Counted from the stretch's first letter, positions 1-12,998 are shown. The stretch: DNA of 64,000 nucleotides from Eledone cirrhosa (GCA_964016885.1 OZ024765.1:13144001-13208000); one strand, 5' to 3'. A program made the numbers and translations. Notes: a model not told the origin generated them from the sequence alone.

Positions 1-259
1 TACGTCTGCTTTTCCCTGCCATATGTGCCACAAGATCTACAAATCTTAAAGAGGTCTAAAGAGGCATTTCAAGGTTCATCAAGATATGCACGTTGCCCAA
101 GCTGCACAAAAACTAATATACAGTTTATGTGGACAGCTTTTTAAATGTATGTCTGGTCTAAAAAGCCACGTAAGATCTCATGGCAGAACTAAACATCATG
201 TACACTAGAGTGGTCGGGTATTGTATTGAGCAGACAACCAATATATTTACACGCACACA

Positions 260-305
260 TCTATGCTTATGTGTGTATGTGTATGTATATAAATGTATAT
301 GTATG

Positions 306-336
<31 letters not shown>

Positions 337-495
337 ATATGTATGTGTATATATATGTGTGTGTGTGTGTGTATATATGTATGTTTATACATGTATATGT
401 ATGTATATATATATATATGTGTGTGTGTATATGTATGTGTGTATATATATATATGTATGTGTGTGTATGTATGTGTGTGTATATATATATATATA
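260..495. repeat. (TA)n/(TG)n compound microsatellite
   Basis: Direct reading; explains the YI/CV low-complexity ORFs. Confidence 0.95.
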
Positions 496-572
496 ACGGA
501 TGAAATGTGGTAAGGAACCAGGTGGACCATAACGCACCAAAGTACTCAATACTTAGGGTAGTAGAGTGGGTA

Positions 573-691
573 ATAGGAACGAGTAGGACCCCCGACGGCT
601 GAGCTCAAGCCGTTTCGACGGCTAATTTTTAGTCCAGAATTAGCCGTTGAAACGGCTTGAGCTCAGCCGTCGGGGTCCTACTCGTTCCTAT
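573..691. mobile_element. ~119-bp GC-rich fold-back element (MITE-like), TA-flanked
   Basis: taggaacgagtaggacccccgacggctgagctcaagccgtttcgacggctaatt is the near-perfect reverse complement of aattagccgttgaaacggcttgagctcagccgtcggggtcctactcgttccta; both ends read TA|GGAAC. Confidence 0.7.
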
Positions 692-780
692 ATATATATA
701 TAGAAGGTGAGTAATATTGTAGAACAATAAAACTATGCATATATCAGATAAGTAGCACTCAACAGTTGCTAGAACTGGAG

Positions 781-1032
781 TATATATAATAAAGATGAAA
801 TAAAGATGGTTATAAGAGTTCCATATATTTTATTATACATATTTCGAATACAAAATACATATGTAAACTTAGCACTTTCCTATAAACAAGTGCTATTCTG
901 TCTCATATCATTGTACCTTATTTTTTATCTGAAGAGAACACATCTATCCCAGGATGATTTTGTATTCGAAATACGTATAATAAAATATATGGAACTCTTA
1001 TAACCATCTTTATTTCATCTTTATTATATATA
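781..1032. mobile_element. Penelope-like pseudo-LTR remnant with inverted partial copy
   Basis: 781-856 is the reverse complement of 957-1032 (1 mismatch); the right arm overlaps a hammerhead motif; inverted truncated copies are typical of PLE insertions. Confidence 0.55.
923..985 (+). ncRNA. Type I hammerhead ribozyme motif
   Basis: Stem I ttttat(923-928)/ataaaa(980-985); CTGAAGA 929-935; stem II gaacaca/tgtattc (1 mismatch); GAAA 968-971; T-ACGT-A palindromic stem III; AUA cleavage triplet ending 979. Confidence 0.75.
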
Positions 1033-1057
1033 TATATATATATATGTGTGTATGTAT

Positions 1058-1555
1058 GGAAGAGCAGGAAGTTCACGCTCAAAACAAAGATGAGATTCTA
1101 CAACAGCAACGTGCTGTCCACGCTCTTGTAAGGAAGTGAAACATGGCACCTTAAGACCAGCCAAGAGAAGAAGTTGGACGCATTCGATTCCAGATGTCTG
1201 CGAAAGACCCTGGGGATTAAATGAAGTGACCATGTAACAAACCAGGAAGTCAGGAACCGCACCAACCAGCAGCTAGTCTCTTCTGCCATCTGCAAGCGAC
1301 GCCTGGGCTGGTTTGGACACGATTTGAGACTTCCCCCCGGAGAGACTGGCGAACCAAGTACTTAAATGGAGCCCGCCGCAGGGAAGCAGACGGAGAGGGC
1401 GACCCAAAATGAACTGGCGCCAGACAGTTGAGAGGGACCTGCGAGCGACAAACGGACAATGACTGGACGCTGTGCAACTGGCTGCTGACCGAACGCGATG
1501 GAACACTATGATTGCCTCATACGTCGCAAGACGTGGGAGCTTCTGAGTCTGAGAG
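1058..1555 (+). mobile_element. RTE-clade LINE 3' fragment (degenerate)
   Basis: Translates as KTKMRFYNSNVLSTLL*GSETW...KRRLGWFGH...WSPPQGSRRRGRPKMNWRQTVERDL. Confidence 0.85.
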
Positions 1556-1606
1556 TATGTATGTATATATACATATATTAATACCAGCATTCAATCTCTT
1601 TTGTAG

Positions 1607-1676
1607 AAATCATACTGGGAATTGCAGCTCCATTGTTAGCCATTATATCATTCTTTGCCATAGGGATGTGTTACTG
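1607..1676 (+). CDS. Transmembrane-helix exon of a single-pass membrane protein
   Basis: Acceptor ctcttttgtag|, donor tg|gtaagc; encodes IILGIAAPLLAIISFFAIGMCY + tg; the phase-2 end joins g at 7470 to give W-RGKRRRK. Confidence 0.8.
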
Positions 1677-1798
1677 GTAAGCATCTTCTATTGTATTTTC
1701 TGTATTGTTTTAACTATTGTCATTAGAGAGTATGTAGGACAACGGTATCTCCTGTATATTTTCTCTTTTGTTTTTTTTAAGACAATGTAGTGTGACAC

Positions 1799-1946
1799 GG
1801 TGCAGCGAATTGGCAGGGTCGGTAGAATGGTGGATAGAATGCTTTATGGTTTTCGTTCCGGCTCTCTGCTCTCTGAGTTCAAATCCCGCCATGGTCAACT
1901 TTGCCTTTCATCCTTTTATGGTCGATAAAAAAAAAAAATGTACCAG
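1799..1946 (+). mobile_element. tRNA-derived SINE (family A)
   Basis: tggcagggtcggtag A-box-like, gagttcaaatcc B-box, then gtcaactttgcctttcatcc...gtcgataaa...taccag; related to copies at 17959, 46557, 55173. Confidence 0.8.
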
Positions 1947-2135
1947 TCTTGTACTGGTGTTGATTCTTCCTCTCTCTGGAAGAAATCTGCTGTACTCAGG
2001 TCTGGAGAGAGAGATGGGCTCTGACAGGCTTTAAAAATGACCAAGAAACGCTGTATGTCACTACGGTGCCTCTATGACTCTATCAGGAGTAACGGGACCA
2101 TACATAGTGTGACATAAGATACAGAGTGCTGCTAC

Positions 2136-2174
<39 letters not shown>

Positions 2175-2477
2175 ACCCGTTTGTTATCACAGTCTGAAAC
2201 CTACCTTTCTTCTAAGATACAAACCTGTTTCTTTTAAATAGTTTTTATTCATATAAAAAGCTTCCACTATAGATAGTTTTATGCAAGAACCCTTGTTAAG
2301 TTATGTTCCTAACACTGGTTATCTGATGCAAACCTGTTTCTTTTTAAATGTTTATATTTATCTAAAAACCTCCCCCTATAGTTTTGTGCAAGAACCTTTG
2401 TTAAGTTATGTTCCTAACACTGGTTTTCTGATACAAACCTATTTGTTAAAAACCTTCCATCATAATTTTATTTGTAG

Positions 2478-2630
2478 AGGTTTAGTGGTAAAGGTGTTGG
2501 ACTTGCGATCGTGATGTTGTAGGTTCAGTTCTTGGACTGGGTTGTGTGTTGTGTTCTTGAACAAAACACTTCATTTCATGTTGCTCTGCTATACTCAGCT
2601 GAAAATGAGTACCAGCAATAGCTGGGGGTT
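2478..2630 (+). mobile_element. tRNA-derived CORE-like SINE fragment
   Basis: tttagtggt A-box, ggttcagttc B-box, gtgttcttgaacaaaacacttcatttca...ctcagctgaaaatgag resembling the CORE domain. Confidence 0.65.
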
Positions 2631-3339
2631 TAAGCCTATCTAGGGGCAAGTCTTGTACTCTTTCCAGTGCTGGATTTACCATTGTGCTTAGGTGTGCTTA
2701 AGCACAGGGCCCAGTTAGCCATGGGACCCATCTTCCTGCCAAAAAAATATTTTACGATGAATTCAGGGCCCAAGTAAGGGACCTTATAACTTAATTAGAC
2801 AGTTCCTCGTTTGTCCTAAATCGGGCACTGAAACTGGAATAAGTACCTGGCTGATCAGTCTCTGGGCTTGAGACAGACTGGTGTCCTGTCCAGGGGGGAG
2901 TCTTGTGCTCTGTCAGTTCACGCCATGGTAACTAGGATAAGCGCTGACCTGATGAATCTCTGGGCTTGAGACAGACTTTGTATAACTTTATGTAAGAACC
3001 TTTGTTAAGTTATGTTCCTAACACTGGTTCTAAGAATGCCTCCCAAATGATAGAAAAGCACTGGTGTAAAGTTTCTCTCAATTGCCTGACTTTTAACTTG
3101 TTGACACTAGCGCCATCTGTCCTTTTTCTATCACAAAATTATCTCTAAGTATCTCCAGTTTCACAATTAATATTCAGTAGTTCAGTCATGCATATATTCA
3201 TCATTTATGCTCGCTTGCTTGACTCTGTCCTTTCTCAGCCTCCCCCTCTCCTGTTCCACCCCCCACACCATCAGCAGAAGCCACTGTTGCATAGTCCAAA
3301 CAACTGGAATTTTCTTCATCAGAACAGACTTAGGTCCAA

Positions 3340-3762
3340 TCCACACACACATGTGCATACACATGCACACACACACACACACACATGCAGACACAGACTC
3401 ACACATACACACACATATATACACAAATACCCACACACACAAGTAGATACATACACATACACACGCATACAAACATACTCATACACATACACGCATATAT
3501 ATGTGTGTGTGTGTGTGTGTATAAATACATATATATATATGTGTGTGTGTGTATATATAAATATATATATATATATGTATGTATGTGTGTGTATATATAT
3601 ATATATACACACATACATACATATATATATACACACACACACACATGCAGATACAGACTCACACATACACACACATATATACACAAATACCCACACACAC
3701 AAGTAGATACATACACATACACATGCATACAAACATACTCATACACATACACACATACACGC

Positions 3763-3796
<34 letters not shown>

Positions 3797-3804
3797 ATAA
3801 ATAC

Positions 3805-3840
<36 letters not shown>

Positions 3841-3910
3841 ATATATGTGTGTGTATATATATATATGTATGTATGTGTGTGTATATATATATATATACAC
3901 ACATACATAC

Positions 3911-3955
<45 letters not shown>

Positions 3956-3965
3956 TATATACAGT
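3340..3965. repeat. (CA)/(TA)/(TG) compound microsatellite with internal block duplication
   Basis: Block acagactcacacatacacacacatatatacacaaatacccacacac occurs twice (~3392, ~3652). Confidence 0.9.
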
Positions 3966-4157
3966 CACTGTTTAATAGTCTCAAGATGACGCCTACATAT
4001 CTATTGGGACAGAGACTGGTGTGGTGGGGGTGGGGGTGAGGTGGAGAGAGGGAGAGACGATGGGGGGGGGTATATATGGAAAACATTTCTATATCCTATT
4101 AGATGGGGGTGGTGTTGGAGACAAGGCAGATAGAGAGATACAGACAGAGGTATTATC

Positions 4158-4247
<90 letters not shown>

Positions 4248-4344
4248 TGTTGACTGTGTATATAGATAGTTACATACAGTGTGTATATATTGACTGTGTA
4301 TATATATAGAGAGAGATAGTTAGTTACAATATATATTGAATGGA

Positions 4345-5060
4345 TTACTATATATAGTTAGATATAGTGTGTATATATATTGACTGTATATATAGATAGT
4401 TAGATACAGTGTGTCTATATATAGTTAGATATAGTGTGTATATATTGACTGTATATATATAGATAATTAGATACAGTGTGTCTATATATAGTTAGATATA
4501 GTGTGTATATATTGACTGTATATATAGATAGTTAGATACAGTGTGTCTATATATAGTTAGATATAGTGTGTATATATTGACTGTATATATAGATAGTTAG
4601 ATACAGTGTGTCTATATATAGTTAGATATAGTGTGTATATATTGACTGTATATATAGATAGTTAGATACAGTGTGTCTATATATAGTTAGATATAGTGTG
4701 TATATATTGACTGTATATATATAGATAGTTAGATACAGTGTGTCTATATATAGTTAGATATAGTGTGTATATATTGACTGTATATATAGATAGTTAGATA
4801 CAGTGTGTCTATATATAGTTAGATATAGTGTGTATATATTGACTGTATATATAGATAGTTAGATACAGTGTGTCTATATATAGTTAGATATAGTGTGTAT
4901 ATATATTGACTGTATATATAGATAGTTAGATGCAGTGTGTCTATATATAGTTAGATATAGTGTGTATATATTGACTGTATATATATAGAGAGAGAGATAG
5001 TTAGTTACAATATATATATTGACTGTATATATAGTTAGATACAGTGTGTAAATATTGACT
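4345..5060. repeat. ~65-67-bp minisatellite, ~10 copies
   Basis: Unit atatagtgtgtatatattgactgtatatatagatagttagatacagtgtgtctatatatagttag (4561 to 4626 = 65 bp). Confidence 0.9.
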
Positions 5061-5422
5061 GTATATATATATATATATAGATAGATAGATGAATAAATAG
5101 ATAGATAGTGTATATATGTTGCCTGTATATAGATAGTTTGATACAGTGTGTATATATATGTTGACTGTAGATATATATACAGACAGAGATATTATCTGTA
5201 TATATATATTTATATATATATATAGAGAGAGAGATAGATAGTGTATATATGTTTGTTTACCTGTCTCTCCCTTTCTCCACCCAACACTTTTTATCCCAAT
5301 AACTTATTTTAGTTATTGGATTGCCCTAGCCTGAGGTATTTGGTCTGTAATGCAAAGAAATACCTATGATGGCTAGTAGACCACTGATGATGGATAGTCC
5401 TGGCTTCTATTTCTAAGTCTTC

Positions 5423-5524
<102 letters not shown>

Positions 5525-5707
5525 AGAGACTGCAGGGAGGGGATTGTTAGGGGTGATATTATAGATGGAGAATATTTCTCCATCTCATTAGATCAGACAA
5601 TAATTGGTGAATTAATTCAACAGTAAAAAAAGATGGAAACAAGTCATTTTGTTGTTTTTCTGTTTAACATTTTGATTTATGGCTTGGTGGTTTGGTTTTG
5701 TGATTAG

Positions 5708-5767
5708 TACACTACTCCCACCACCACCACCACCACCACTACTACTACTACTACTACTGCTGCTGCG

Positions 5768-5803
<36 letters not shown>

Positions 5804-6330
5804 GCTGCTGCTACTCCTACTACTACTACTACTACTATTGCTACTATTTCTACTATTAATACTACTATTATTGCTACTATTACTACCACAACCTCCACTA
5901 CTGTTACTACTACCACACCATCACCACCACCACTCTACCGCTACTACCACCACCATGCCATCACCACTCTACCACTACTATCACCATCACCACGCTACCA
6001 CTACTACCATCACCATGCCATGAACCACCACCACTCTACTACTACTTCCACCACCACGCCATCACCACCACCACTTCTACCACTACTACCACCAACACTA
6101 CCACTATGCCACTACTACCACCACCACCACGCCATCACCATCACCACTTCTACCACTACTACCACCAACACTACCACTATGCCACTACTACCACCACCAC
6201 CACGCCATCACCATCACCACTTCTACCACTACTACCACCAACACTACCACTATGCCACTACTACCACCACCAGCACGCCATCACCATCACCACTTCTACC
6301 ACTACTACTGCCACTAACACCACCACTATG
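5708..6330. repeat. (CTA)n/(CCA)n trinucleotide low-complexity tract
   Basis: Direct reading; lies in the intron between the TM and tail exons. Confidence 0.9.
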
Positions 6331-6535
6331 TGCTTGAAGCAAAATGTCAAAAATAGTGTCTTATTTTAAGGCTACTGCAATGTAAATTAGACATTAAATG
6401 TTACAAATATGATAGCTATAATGTTGGGATGTTACCTTGTAGTTCTGTTATAGTCCTGTATATTTCAGGATAGAATCCTTTCATCAAAAGATTAATTGAG
6501 GTAACTAATTCTAAGCAGAATATCCTGTGTCGCTC

Positions 6536-7018
6536 TTAACCCTTTAGCATTTAAACTGGCCATATCTGGCCAGAAATCTCTCACCTTTTTCTGTTCAAAC
6601 TGGCTGTAACCAGCCACCCATACAGATGTTAAGGTATTGTTCTCAAAATAAATATCAAAATCTCATAGATTCAATATTATGTGAGGTAAAGTGTTTACCA
6701 TGAAAATATAATAGTATTATATTTTCTGCGTTGGTATGGACATGTGATGCGCATGGAGGATGACCGCTGGGTAAAGAAGTGCCAAGAAATCCCAGTAGAA
6801 GGAAGACGCAGTAGAGGAAGACCATGAAAAACATGGGCGGAGGTGGTGAGAGCAGACCTCAGATCGCTGAAGCTCACAGAGGTGATGACAAAGGACCGTG
6901 ATGAATGGCGAGATGCTGTGCTTAATAAGACTCGTCCCACCCTTGCAAGCAGGGAAAAGCAGACGTAAAATGATGATGATGATGATGATATAGAGTAATG
7001 TAAATGCTAAAGGCTTAA
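6536..7018. mobile_element. piggyBac-like MITE with nested RTE 3' fragment (6726-6988)
   Basis: TTAA|CCCTTTAGCATTTA...TAAATGCTAAAGGC|TTAA; the insert encodes LRWYGHVMRMEDDRWVKKC and ends in (GAT)n. Confidence 0.85.
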
Positions 7019-7469
7019 GCTGTCCTTTTTGAAAGTGGTGGTTTTCTTTTCTTTTTTTCAAACCTGGAAGTGGAGAATGGTTCATGTGGTTTGTGAACTT
7101 GGCTATAGTTTGTTGAATACACCAACTCCTTTGGCTATCCTTTGCTTTATCTCAGCTTCAGTATTGTCATCTACCAAGATATGTGAAGTTTTGAACCTCT
7201 TCTATATTTTCCCATTGACTGAAACTTCCTTCATATTCTTCACTGCCGGCAACTTTCTGTATTTTTGTCTTTGATATATTTACACTTAAGCCAATTTTTT
7301 CAGCTGTTTCAAGTAGGGCATTTATTATCGTCTATTTCTGTGCAATTGTTGGTGAGGACGGCTGAATCATTGGCAATGTTTAAATTTGCCATTTTTCCCC
7401 TTCCTTATTTTAATGATGATTATTTTTAATTTTAATTACTTAATGTTTTCTTTCTTTCTATCTTTGCAG

Positions 7470-8415
7470 GAGAGGAAAGAGAAGGAGAAAAAACAACCCA
7501 GTTTCTGCTAAAGATGCTGCTGTCCAGACTCCAATAACACGCCATGTAGAGAATGTACGGCATGGCCAGTCTAATGGATTACTATCATTTCATCAACCAT
7601 CTATACAAGAAAGTTATAGCCATGTGGCTGATGAAGTACCGTTTCCCGAGGCTGCTAAAATGATCGATGCGGCAGTTGGCACCTGTGAAGCCTATGCAGA
7701 GGTTGATGAGAGCAATACGGAGACCGTGAAGCCGTTATCCGACAGATTTCGTTACCACATTGCTCGGTCTTTGCCTGCTCTTCCTGGGAGAAAACCATCT
7801 ACTAGCGACGAATGGACTTCAACCAAATCTCGTGGTTCCACTAGTCGCGCTTCAATTGGCAGCCAAAGCGACTACCAGAAAGGAATCTATGAAGAAATAT
7901 CTGACTACTATGTCAGCAAGAAGAAGCCTTCCAATTATTCCCCAAGAGTTTCTGAACCCAGTTCTGTAGAAACAGATTCTGGGATTGAATCAGAAGACAA
8001 AATAGGTCGCTCTCGTTTGGAACAAAGGACTCAAAATCCAGCAGTCACTGCTGTTTCATCTCCTAATTCTAATTCTAATTCTTCATCATCATCATCATCA
8101 TCATCATCGTCGTCATCTGCACCTCATAAACCTCCCCCACCAGTTCCAGCTATAAATTCCAGAGGTGAAACGACAAACGCAGATGATGAAACATTGGTGG
8201 ATGTAACAGATGCTAAATATCATGTAATAGAAAGAAGTCTTTCACGAAATAACAACAACAGTAACAACAACAACAGTAACAGTAATAATAATAATAATAA
8301 TAATAATGTCACAGAGACGAACTGTAGGGGTCGTTCCATCAGCAGGCCTGCTGATGATGGACTCATGTTGTTGGAAAATGAAATTTATGAACCGTATTAT
8401 CAAGAAACAGACTGA
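7470..8415 (+). CDS. Terminal exon: cytoplasmic tail of the single-pass membrane protein
   Basis: Strong acceptor tttctttctatctttgcag|g; open frame from 7471 RGKRRRKNNPVS...ENEIYEPYYQETD*; motifs YSHV, YAEV, YEEI, YHVI, PPPPVP, poly-S, poly-N. Confidence 0.85.
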
Positions 8416-8479
8416 GGGAATAAGTGTGAGAGGGTGGAATGACTTATAAAATCTTGTTTGTCTAACAAAAACATGTTTG

Positions 8480-8742
8480 AAGCAAAGGAAAAGCATGTAG
8501 TAAAATTTTGCTACATGTCGAAAGCAAAGGAAAACATGTGGTAACATTTTGCTACATGTCGAAAGCGAAAGGGAAACATGTGGTGAAATTTTGCTACATG
8601 TCAAAAGCAAAGGAAAAACATGTAGTAAAATTTTACTACGTTTAGTAAAATTTTGCTATATGTTGGAAGCAAAAAAAAAAAAAACGTAGTAAAATTTTGC
8701 TACATGTTGAAACCAAAGGAAAACATGTAGTAAAATTTTACC
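8480..8742. repeat. ~41-bp minisatellite with internal palindrome in putative 3' UTR
   Basis: Unit aaagcaaaggaaaacatgt(a/g)gtaaaattttgctacatgtcg, ~6 copies. Confidence 0.85.
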
Positions 8743-9102
8743 GTACTCCTTTCCATACCAGCCTGCCAGAAACTGATATCCCCTTTTCCCTTCCTGGTTC
8801 TATGAGGAAAAACCAATCTGTTGTAAAGAGTTCAAATATAAATTTTAAACAATAATATAAAATTCTTACCTTACATTCTAAACACCAATTTAAATAACGA
8901 GTTAATTAGTTATATATTACTAAATCCCTCCATGTTTTTTTTTTTTTATTATTTAAAAAAATATAATCATTGAAATACAAAGGCAGTGTCTTTCATTAGA
9001 AAATCTGGTAAAAAAAAAAAAAAATTACCAATCAACCTATTGATATTTCCCCCACATCCCACACACATTTTTTATTATCTGTAATGATTAAATAACCATA
9101 AT

Positions 9103-9316
9103 TTAACCCATTAGCATTTAAACTGGCTTTATCCGGCCAAAAACCTTTCACCTTTCTCTTCAAACTGGCTGTAACTGGCTGATCATACTGATATTAAGGT
9201 ATCATTCTCAAAATCAATACTATCAAAATCTCGTAGATTTGATATTATGTGAGATAAAGACTTTACTGTGAAAATATAAAAGTATATATAGAGTAATGTA
9301 AATGCTAAAGGGTTAA
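9103..9316. mobile_element. piggyBac-like MITE
   Basis: TTAA|CCCATTAGCATTTA...TAAATGCTAAAGGG|TTAA. Confidence 0.85.
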
Positions 9317-9554
9317 AAGTAAGAACAATTGGTTACAAGTTCTTTACTTGATATGGTTTTGTTTCATTTCATTGTAAATGTTTTAAGAAAGGACAATTGC
9401 TACAGCTTGTTGGCTGTGGTGGCTTGATATATGGCAGAACGTATGAAGAAGAAGAAGAATATATCAACAACTGTGTGAATGACTAAAATAATGAATGAAT
9501 GATTGACTAGAAACAGCAACTAAAGGATGGCAATTGGTGACAGAAGAAATAATT

Positions 9555-10200
9555 GCTTAAACTAAGCAAAATTTTATGTGAACAGTTTATTACAAACAAA
9601 CAGACACATGTATATATGTACTTACTGTAAATATTCAAATGTAAGCCGCGGAATATGTGACCAAAAAAATTGATGGTAAAACTTATATATGCTGTCTTGG
9701 CTTATAAACGGGGTTTGGATTTTCACCTGTTTCTCAGACATAAGATAACAGGGTTGGCTTATATTTGAGTACATGCAGTAATTCCTTAAACTAAGCAAAA
9801 TTCTGTGTGAATATTTTGTTACAGACAGACAGACAGACACATGTATGTACTTGTTGTATATATTCAAATATAAACTGAGGAATATGTCACAAAAAAAAAA
9901 AAAAATTGATATAATCCATCTAAACATTGTGTTGATTAGCTGCCTCAGTTTATAAATGGGGTTTGGATTTTCACCTGTTTCTCAGACATAAAATAAGGGG
10001 TCAGCTTATATTCAAGCCTATACGAGCAAGATAACCAATCTTGCCTCACGTGGGACAATTCCCGTCTAAACCCATGCTAGCGTGGAAGATAGATGTTAAA
10101 CGATGATGATGATGATGATCCAGTAATTCCTTAAACTAAGCAAAATTCTATGTGAATATTGTGTTACAAACAGACACACACATACAAGTATGTACATATA
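9555..10200. repeat. Degenerate ~230-bp tandem triplication with RTE-tail insert (~10025-10120)
   Basis: ttaaactaagcaaaatt at ~9557, ~9787, 10131; (GAT)n tail ending ~10119. Confidence 0.7.
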
Positions 10201-10730
10201 TTTATATATATATATATTTTAAAAAAGAGAGAGATGGTATCATGTATATATATATATATATATAGTATACGTGATACCGTCTCTCTTCATTTTTATAATA
10301 TTGACACTGTCTGATACAATATAGGTAATAATACCTTATGGTACCCATGTTGTGGAGTGCTTACACCTGATCACACTACAGTTGGTTGAATGCTTGATCA
10401 ACCAAACTGATATCTTGGAATTATATATGAACATATATACATATATACATATATATATATACACACACACATATATATATGTATACACATACACACACAC
10501 ATATATATGTATACACACACACACACACATATATATGTATACACACATGCGCACACACACACACACACATATATATACACATATACACATATTGATACAG
10601 TAATGAGAAGGAATAAAAATTCTACTTTGAAGATTCACCAAGTACAATTGACAGAATAATTAGGCATCTACCTTCTCTTCAATTTGCATAAATCGGTATC
10701 TAACTATCTATCTATCTATCTATCTATCTA

Positions 10731-10796
<66 letters not shown>

Positions 10797-12291
10797 GTAT
10801 GCACATATACTTACATAATATAGATGTGTATACATATATATGTTTATATATGTGTAAGAATTTGTCTGTATGTGTATATGTGTATAAATGTATGTATGTA
10901 TGTATGTATCTAGGAGAAGGAAAACTCTGATATAACACCTGCAACCCTGATGGTATCCAATGATGTTGACTTGTTCTTCTTTTTGGTAAATATCATCTTG
11001 GTTAAGAGAGTGGGACTGGCTTTGTGCAGTGCCTTTGCTCACTATAAAAGCTTCATGGCACAGGCATTGCTTTATATCTGGAGATCTCTCTGCACTTGTC
11101 ATGACATGGTACCATGAGCCCAGCACTATGTGTCAGTAATTGTCACAAGTGTAGTGTTTGTACCAGAGTTTTCAAGTCGCTGGCTGGACTAAAAAGTCAC
11201 ACTCGTTCAGCACATCGGTAGGGGTTCTCCTACATGGATATAAAGTGGTGGCCGTACTCGAAAACAAGTTGGCAGCCACCATGTATGTATGTATGTATGT
11301 ATGTGTGTATATATATATATGTAGATAAATCTACCAAAATATACGGTAGTGTCCAATCCGTATGAAGAACTCAATGTAATCCAAATATATATATATATTT
11401 ATTTCTACTAGCATTTAAGCTGATCAGTAACAAAACGCGCGTCACCAACCAATAAATGTAATGAAGGAGAAACCAATTGTCCTTGTTATCTTTTCACTAT
11501 ATATATATATATACACACACACACACATTTATCATCATTTATATATGTATTATTATATACCTAGCCTTTGGTTGAAGATAGCTGCAGCATCACTCCTCCT
11601 GCCCTTCTTGAATGCACCAGTTGTTACCAAGGTCTGAGATCGTCCACTCACTCTTGGTCACCTTGCTACCACTGGGGCATTCAGGAAGACGGGGAGGTTG
11701 TAATACTGGAACTATCTTCAACCAATGACAAGGTGTTGTTTACACCCTTTGCGATGAAGCTGTGAGGTTGTTTGTACTAATTCATATGTCAGCATGGCTT
11801 TGAGGAAACAACAACAACCCATCCGTGGAAACTGCATGAGTAATTTATTTATGTGTATGTGCATGAATATATATATATATATAAAGGTGAAAGCAGCGAT
11901 TCTTTGCTTAAACTTTAATCTGTTATTTTAATAAATATATAAACATATACACATCAATATATAAATTTACATGTACACACATATATATATATATATATAT
12001 GCATGCTTATTATCTTTTGATCTTTGCAGCTTTCTTATATTAATCAAACAGGTCCTGTCAGTTAACTTAAGGAGGGACTTCAAAAAGGTTTTTGACTATA
12101 TTCCCTCCAAAATCTTTATGATGTGTCCCAATATTACCTCGATATCTTCTAGAGAGACTTTATAAAAACTCAAGCTATTGTATCATAACAGATGTTGGTC
12201 ATACTAACAAGTTTAACATCCCTGGTCTCCTCCAGATAACAGATGCTGGTCACACTGAAGACTTTATAACGAAAAGAGAGTCAAATGCTTT

Positions 12292-12517
12292 TTAACCCTT
12301 TAGCATTTAAACCAGCCATATTTGGCCAAATTTCTCTCACCTTTTTCTGTTCAAACTGGCCATAACTTGCCCCTCTTACTGACTTTAAAGTATTGTTCTC
12401 AAAATAAATAATATCAAAATCTCAGATTCAATATTATATGAGATATAATGTAAGGTAAAGCCTTTACTGTGAAAATCCAATAGTAAATATAGAGTAATGT
12501 ATATGCTAAAGGGTTAA
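12292..12517. mobile_element. piggyBac-like MITE
   Basis: TTAA|CCCTTTAGCAT...ATGCTAAAGGG|TTAA. Confidence 0.85.
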
Positions 12518-12998
12518 TACCTTTTTACTTGCAGTGACAGGCTTTTGACATCCATGTATAAATAATTATATTTTTAACACTCAATTCAATATAAACACAT
12601 ATTTATTGTTTGAAGGCCGAATTTCTATACACACAGGGCGATATAAGAAATGAAAGCAATTACTGGCCATTGGGTTGAAGCTAGACAGATACTTTCTAGA
12701 ACAGCACAGGAAACGTTGAATATCTCATACCGTAATAGAACAATTCCTGAGATGTTGAATATGTCTAGTTGATAAATATTTAGTTCCTCTTTACAGGAAA
12801 ATATGAAGAATATGCAGGAACTACTCCGTAGAATGTCTTATCATCCTGCTGTCCAAGAGAGTTCTCTCTCTGGTGAACCAGAAGGTTTTATAAGGAGGCG
12901 GCAGCAATGTATTCATACGCGATCTAATACGATTGGTTTGTTTAACCAAATCACATATGAAACATTGTTGTTGCAAAGTATGAAGTAGTTCCGCTACA

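Noticed and set aside
180-530. ORFs rich in YI/CV/HT (also 3182-4086, 10336-11126, 17065-17743)
   Set aside because: Translations of (TA)/(TG)/(CA) microsatellites
5340-5420. CTGATGA preceded by a tggtct/agacca stem (possible type III hammerhead)
   Set aside because: No stem II plus GAAA follows
5679-6369. Poly-L/H/T/P ORFs resembling signal peptide or mucin
   Set aside because: Trinucleotide low-complexity tract, open in several frames, no convincing splice sites
7304-7351. Candidate hydrophobic mini-exon (VSSRAFIIVYFCAIV) before 7470
   Set aside because: Donor phase does not match the 7470 frame; exon 1607-1676 fits exactly
12252-12285. CTGAAGA...GAAA...GTC
   Set aside because: No stem II or stem I pairing; part of the 51-bp repeat family
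12798-12988. Acceptor-like site followed by a 61-aa ORF
   Set aside because: No recognisable protein motif or linked exon
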